Source: a virus
Taxonomy: Duplodnaviria > Heunggongvirae > Uroviricota > Caudoviricetes
Virus record (IMG/VR): IMGVR_UViG_2529293076_000030
DNA: 20,824 bases
Direction: 5' to 3' (one strand)
Position numbers and translations under genes: made by a program. The notes under the pieces were generated by a model. The model saw nothing but the letters and a program-made list of their open reading frames with translations. It had not been told where the DNA came from and did not search any database. Numbering within the stretch: position 1 is the first letter of the stretch; every line of letters begins with the position of its first letter. This document shows positions 19,129 to 20,824 of the stretch, piece after piece.

Positions 19129-20154
19129 ATGTCGATGTACACAACCGCCCAACTGCTGGCGGCAAATGAGCAGAAATTTAAGTTTGATCCGCTGTTTCTG
19201 CGTCTCTTTTTCCGTGAGAGCTATCCCTTCACCACGGAGAAAGTCTATCTCTCACAAATTCCGGGACTGGTAAACATGGCGCTGTACGTTTCGCCGATTG
19301 TTTCTGGTGAGGTTATCCGTTCCCGTGGCGGCTCCACCTCTGAATTTACGCCGGGATATGTCAAGCCGAAGCATGAAGTGAATCCGCAGATGACCCTGCG
19401 TCGCCTGCCGGATGAAGATCCGCAGAATCTGGCGGACCCGGCTTACCGCCGCCGTCGCATCATCATGCAGAACATGCGTGACGAAGAGCTGGCCATTGCT
19501 CAGGTCGAAGAGATGCAGGCAGTTTCTGCCGTGCTCAAGGGCAAATACACCATGACCGGTGAAGCCTTCGATCCGGTTGAGGTGGATATGGGCCGCAGTG
19601 CGGCGAACAACATCACGCAGTCCGGCGGCACGGAGTGGAGCAAGCGTGACAAGTCCACGTATGACCCGACCGACGATATCGAAGCCTACGCGCTGAACGC
19701 CAGCGGCGTGGTGAATATCATCGTGTTTGACCCGAAAGGCTGGGCGCTGTTCCGTTCCTTCAAAGCCGTCAGGGAGAAGCTGGATACCCGTCGCGGCTCT
19801 CATTCCGAACTGGAGACAGCGGTAAAAGACCTGGGCAAAGCGGTGTCTTATAAGGGAATGTATGGCGATGTGGCCATCGTCGTGTATTCCGGACAGTACG
19901 TGGAAAACGGCGTCAAAAAGAACTTCCTGCCGGACAACACGATGGTGCTGGGGAACACTCAGGCACGCGGTCTGCGCACCTATGGCTGCATTCAGGATGC
20001 GGACGCACAGCGCGAAGGCATTAACGCCTCTGCCCGTTACCCGAAAAACTGGGTGACCACCGGCGATCCGGCGCGTGAGTTCACCATGATTCAGTCAGCA
20101 CCGCTGATGCTGCTGGCTGACCCTGATGAGTTCGTGTCCGTACAACTGGCGTAA
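19129..20154 (+). CDS. E: Major capsid protein E (341 aa)
   Basis: MSMYTTAQLLAANEQKFKFDPLFLRLFFRESYPFTTEKVYLSQIPGLVNMALYVSPIVSGEVIR... near-identical to lambda gpE. The ORF-track 19102 start is an extension. Confidence 0.95.
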   Translation: MSMYTTAQLLAANEQKFKFDPLFLRLFFRESYPFTTEKVYLSQIPGLVNMALYVSPIVSGEVIRSRGGSTSEFTPGYVKPKHEVNPQMTLRRLPDEDPQNLADPAYRRRRIIMQNMRDEELAIAQVEEMQAVSAVLKGKYTMTGEAFDPVEVDMGRSAANNITQSGGTEWSKRDKSTYDPTDDIEAYALNASGVVNIIVFDPKGWALFRSFKAVREKLDTRRGSHSELETAVKDLGKAVSYKGMYGDVAIVVYSGQYVENGVKKNFLPDNTMVLGNTQARGLRTYGCIQDADAQREGINASARYPKNWVTTGDPAREFTMIQSAPLMLLADPDEFVSVQLA

Positions 20155-20156
20155 TC

Positions 20157-20181
20157 ATGGCCCTTCGGGGCCATTGTTTTT
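20157..20181 (+). other. Hairpin with UUCG tetraloop (ATGGCCC-TTCG-GGGCCAT) followed by TGTTTTT, between E and FI
   Basis: Seen directly: perfect 7-bp stem and the very stable UUCG loop. Confidence 0.35.
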
Positions 20182-20195
20182 CTGTGGAGGAGTCC

Positions 20196-20594
20196 ATGAC
20201 GAAAGATGAACTGATTGCCCGTCTCCGCTCGCTGGGTGAACAACTGAACCGTGATGTCAGCCTGACGGGGACGAAAGAAGAACTGGCGCTCCGTGTGGCA
20301 GAGCTGGAAGAGGAGCTTGATGACACGGATGAAACTGCCGGTCAGGACACCCCTCTCAGCCGGGAAAATGTGCTGACCGGACATGAAAATGAGGTGGGAT
20401 CAGCGCAGCCGGATACCGTGATTCTGGATACGTCTGAACTGGTCACGGTCGTGGCACTGGTGAAGCTGCATACTGATGCACTTCACGTCACGCGGGATGA
20501 ACCTGTGGCATTTGTGCTGCCGGGAACGGCGTTTCGTGTCTCTGCCGGTGTGGCAGCCGAAATGACAGAGCGCGGCCTGGCCAGAATGCAATAA
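20196..20594 (+). CDS. FI: DNA-packaging protein FI (132 aa)
   Basis: MTKDELIARLRSLGEQLNRDVSLTGTKEELALRVAELEEELDDTDETAGQDTPLSRENVLTGHENEVG... matches lambda gpFI. The ORF-track 20157 start is an extension. Confidence 0.9.
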   Translation: MTKDELIARLRSLGEQLNRDVSLTGTKEELALRVAELEEELDDTDETAGQDTPLSRENVLTGHENEVGSAQPDTVILDTSELVTVVALVKLHTDALHVTRDEPVAFVLPGTAFRVSAGVAAEMTERGLARMQ

Positions 20595-20605
20595 CGGGAG
20601 GCGCT

Positions 20606-20824
20606 GTGGCTGATTTCGATAACCTGTTCGATGCTGCCATTGCCCGCGCCGATGAAACGATACGGGGGTACATGGGAACGTCAGCCACCATGACATCCGG
20701 TGAGCGGTCCGGCGCAGTAATACGTGGTGTTTTTGATGACCCTGAAAATATCAGCTATGCCGGACAGGGCGTGCGCGTTGAAGGCTCCAGCCCGTCCCTG
20801 TTTGTCCGGACTGATGATGTGCGG
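20606..20824 (+). CDS. FII: Head-tail connector FII, 5' partial (GTG start; runs off the window end)
   Basis: GTG at 20606 then ADFDNLFDAAIARADETIRGYMGTSATMTSGERSGAVIRGVFDDPENISYAGQGVRVEGSSPSLFVRTDDV... matches lambda gpFII N-terminus. Confidence 0.85.
   Translation, partial: MADFDNLFDAAIARADETIRGYMGTSATMTSGERSGAVIRGVFDDPENISYAGQGVRVEGSSPSLFVRTDDVR

Overview
This window is a lambdoid prophage, apparently defective and DLP12-like in layout, read from the integrase end into the head-gene block. Identifications rest on recognising protein sequences from memory (lambda and E. coli K-12 DLP12 proteins), not on a database search. Order: int/xis (minus strand), then directly a lambda-type replication module (O with embedded ori iterons, P, ren), with no N/cI/cro/cII/exo/bet/gam region between them. 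Next is an AT-rich cargo island (emrE efflux pump plus the large serine recombinase ybcK), then nin-region genes (ylcH, ybcN, ninE, ybcO, rusA, ylcG), a non-lambda Q-like gene, a late-promoter/terminator region, and a lysis cassette (non-lambda holin, lambda-type R, Rz with nested Rz1) followed by bor. A complete 1310-bp IS629-type IS3-family element with a 3-bp target duplication sits upstream of bor. After it come homologues of lambda p78/p79 (ybcV, ybcW) and ylcI, an intact lambda-type cos site, and near-lambda-identical Nu1, A, W, B, C/Nu3, D, E, FI and the start of FII. No tRNA, rRNA or CRISPR array was seen. I found no convincing undescribed multi-gene system; the least explained parts are the emrE-ybcK island, the xis/O deletion junction and the 5466-5871 scar.
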